Source: Macrostomum hystrix
Lineage: Eukaryota > Animalia > Platyhelminthes
DNA: 64,000 bases
NCBI GenBank assembly: GCA_950097015.1
Contig: CATNEN010000025.1
Location: 6,634,001 to 6,698,000 of the forward strand
Reading direction: 5' to 3'
Below the pieces are notes generated by a model. The model was not told the DNA's origin and did no database searches. It saw only the letters and a list, made by a program, of their open reading frames with translations. The position numbers and the translations under genes are program-made. Positions within the stretch are counted from its first letter, which is position 1; every line of letters starts with the position of its first letter. Shown here piece after piece: positions 62,998 through 64,000 of this stretch.

Positions 62998-63920
62998 AGA
63001 GGAGGGGTGGGTGCAACTTTATGGCCAAAGAATTGGAGAGGGGTGGGTGCAACTTTATGGCACAGAATTGAAGAGGGGTGGGTGCAAATTTATGGCCAAA
63101 GAATTGGAGAGGGGTAGGTGCAACTTTATGGCCAAAGAATTGGAGAGGGGTAGGTGCAACTTTATGGCACAGAATTGAAGAGGGGTGGGTGCAAATTTAT
63201 GGCCACATAATTGGAGGGGTACCTGGACACTTCGTCATCTTACAACTTCGTCATCCAGATGACGATCTGTCCAATATCTCAGAGGGTGGATTACGAAGAG
63301 ACTTAGACTTGTGGACACTTCGTCATCTATAAAACAAAAGTTTTCAAAGTTAGAACAGAACCACCCTTCCCCACCTCCTCACATCGTGTTGGCACCTATC
63401 TTTCAACTCTTATAATGAAATCAGTTTTGACACCTCTTTTTGACAATTTAGAGTGTGAAGTGTGTTCACACCTCTGCCACACCACCCCACCCTCACTTTA
63501 TTGATGACGAACTTGATTGCTTGTTATTAGTAGATGACGAAACTGACCAAACTTTAAAGCATGCCAATTGGCTGGATGACGAAGTGTCCTACCTTCCAAG
63601 TGGATGACGAAGTTGTAAGATGACGAAGTTGTAAGATGACGAAGTTGTAAGATGACGAAGTGTCTAGGATCCAATTGGAGGAGGGGTGGGTGCAACGTTA
63701 TGGCCAAAGAATTGAAGAGGGGTGGGTGCAACTCAATTGGCTACATAATTGGAGGGGTGGGGCAAATCTATGGTGACAGAATGGGGGGAGGAGAGGTGGG
63801 TGCAACTCTATGGCTACAGGACTGGAGAAGAGGTGAATGCAATCCTAGGAAAAATCGGAAGCTGGGTGGGTGTAACCAGTGTCTAACCTACTGAAAAATA
63901 CTGGAGGTTGGGTGGGTGCG
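62998..63920. repeat. 36-bp G-rich tandem repeat interrupted by the MITE
   Basis: Unit GGGGTGGGTGCAACTTTATGGCCAAAGAATTGGAGA on both sides of 63218-63672, more degenerate on the right. Confidence 0.85.
63218..63672. mobile_element. Non-autonomous TIR DNA transposon (MITE, Mutator/foldback-like), 455 bp
   Basis: Left end GGTACCTGGACACTTCGTCATCTTACAACTTCGTCATCC; the reverse complement of the right end is GGATCCTAGACACTTCGTCATCTTACAACTTCGTCATC. Flanked by a 9-bp direct repeat AATTGGAGG (63209-63217 and 63673-63681). No coding capacity. Confidence 0.75.
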
Positions 63921-64000
63921 ATCGTTAGAACACATCTGAATGAAAGCGTACATAAACTGGAATGCGCACTCGGATGCTTTACTTCTAAAAAATGTTAACC

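Overview
Eukaryotic (metazoan, invertebrate-like) genomic window with spliceosomal GT-AG introns. The organism cannot be fixed from sequence alone, although GC-rich Ala/Gln-rich exons and repeat-filled introns suggest a flatworm or other lophotrochozoan. I built four protein-coding genes by hand with phase-consistent splice sites. (1) A myoferlin/dysferlin-like ferlin on the minus strand: 16 exons from 28677 down to 7772, continuing off the left edge. (2) A divergent TTP/TIS11-type tandem CCCH zinc-finger RNA-binding protein on the plus strand: 4 exons, 30465-34324. (3) Groucho/TLE on the minus strand: 10 exons, 52622-40316. (4) Cyclin C on the plus strand: 2 exons, 54441-55818. They form two head-to-head pairs. 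About a third of the window is tandem repeat, and nearly every larger ferlin, CCCH and cyclin C intron carries its own 14-51 bp minisatellite, which explains almost all long ORFs in the track. A 455-bp TIR element with a 9-bp target-site duplication lies at 63218-63672. The most interesting signals are the degenerate CCCH protein with repeated degron-like motifs, a likely exon+intron duplication within that gene, and several minisatellite units that resemble joined splice junctions (AG|GT) on the host sense strand. No prokaryotic features, CRISPR arrays, rRNAs or intact tRNAs were seen.
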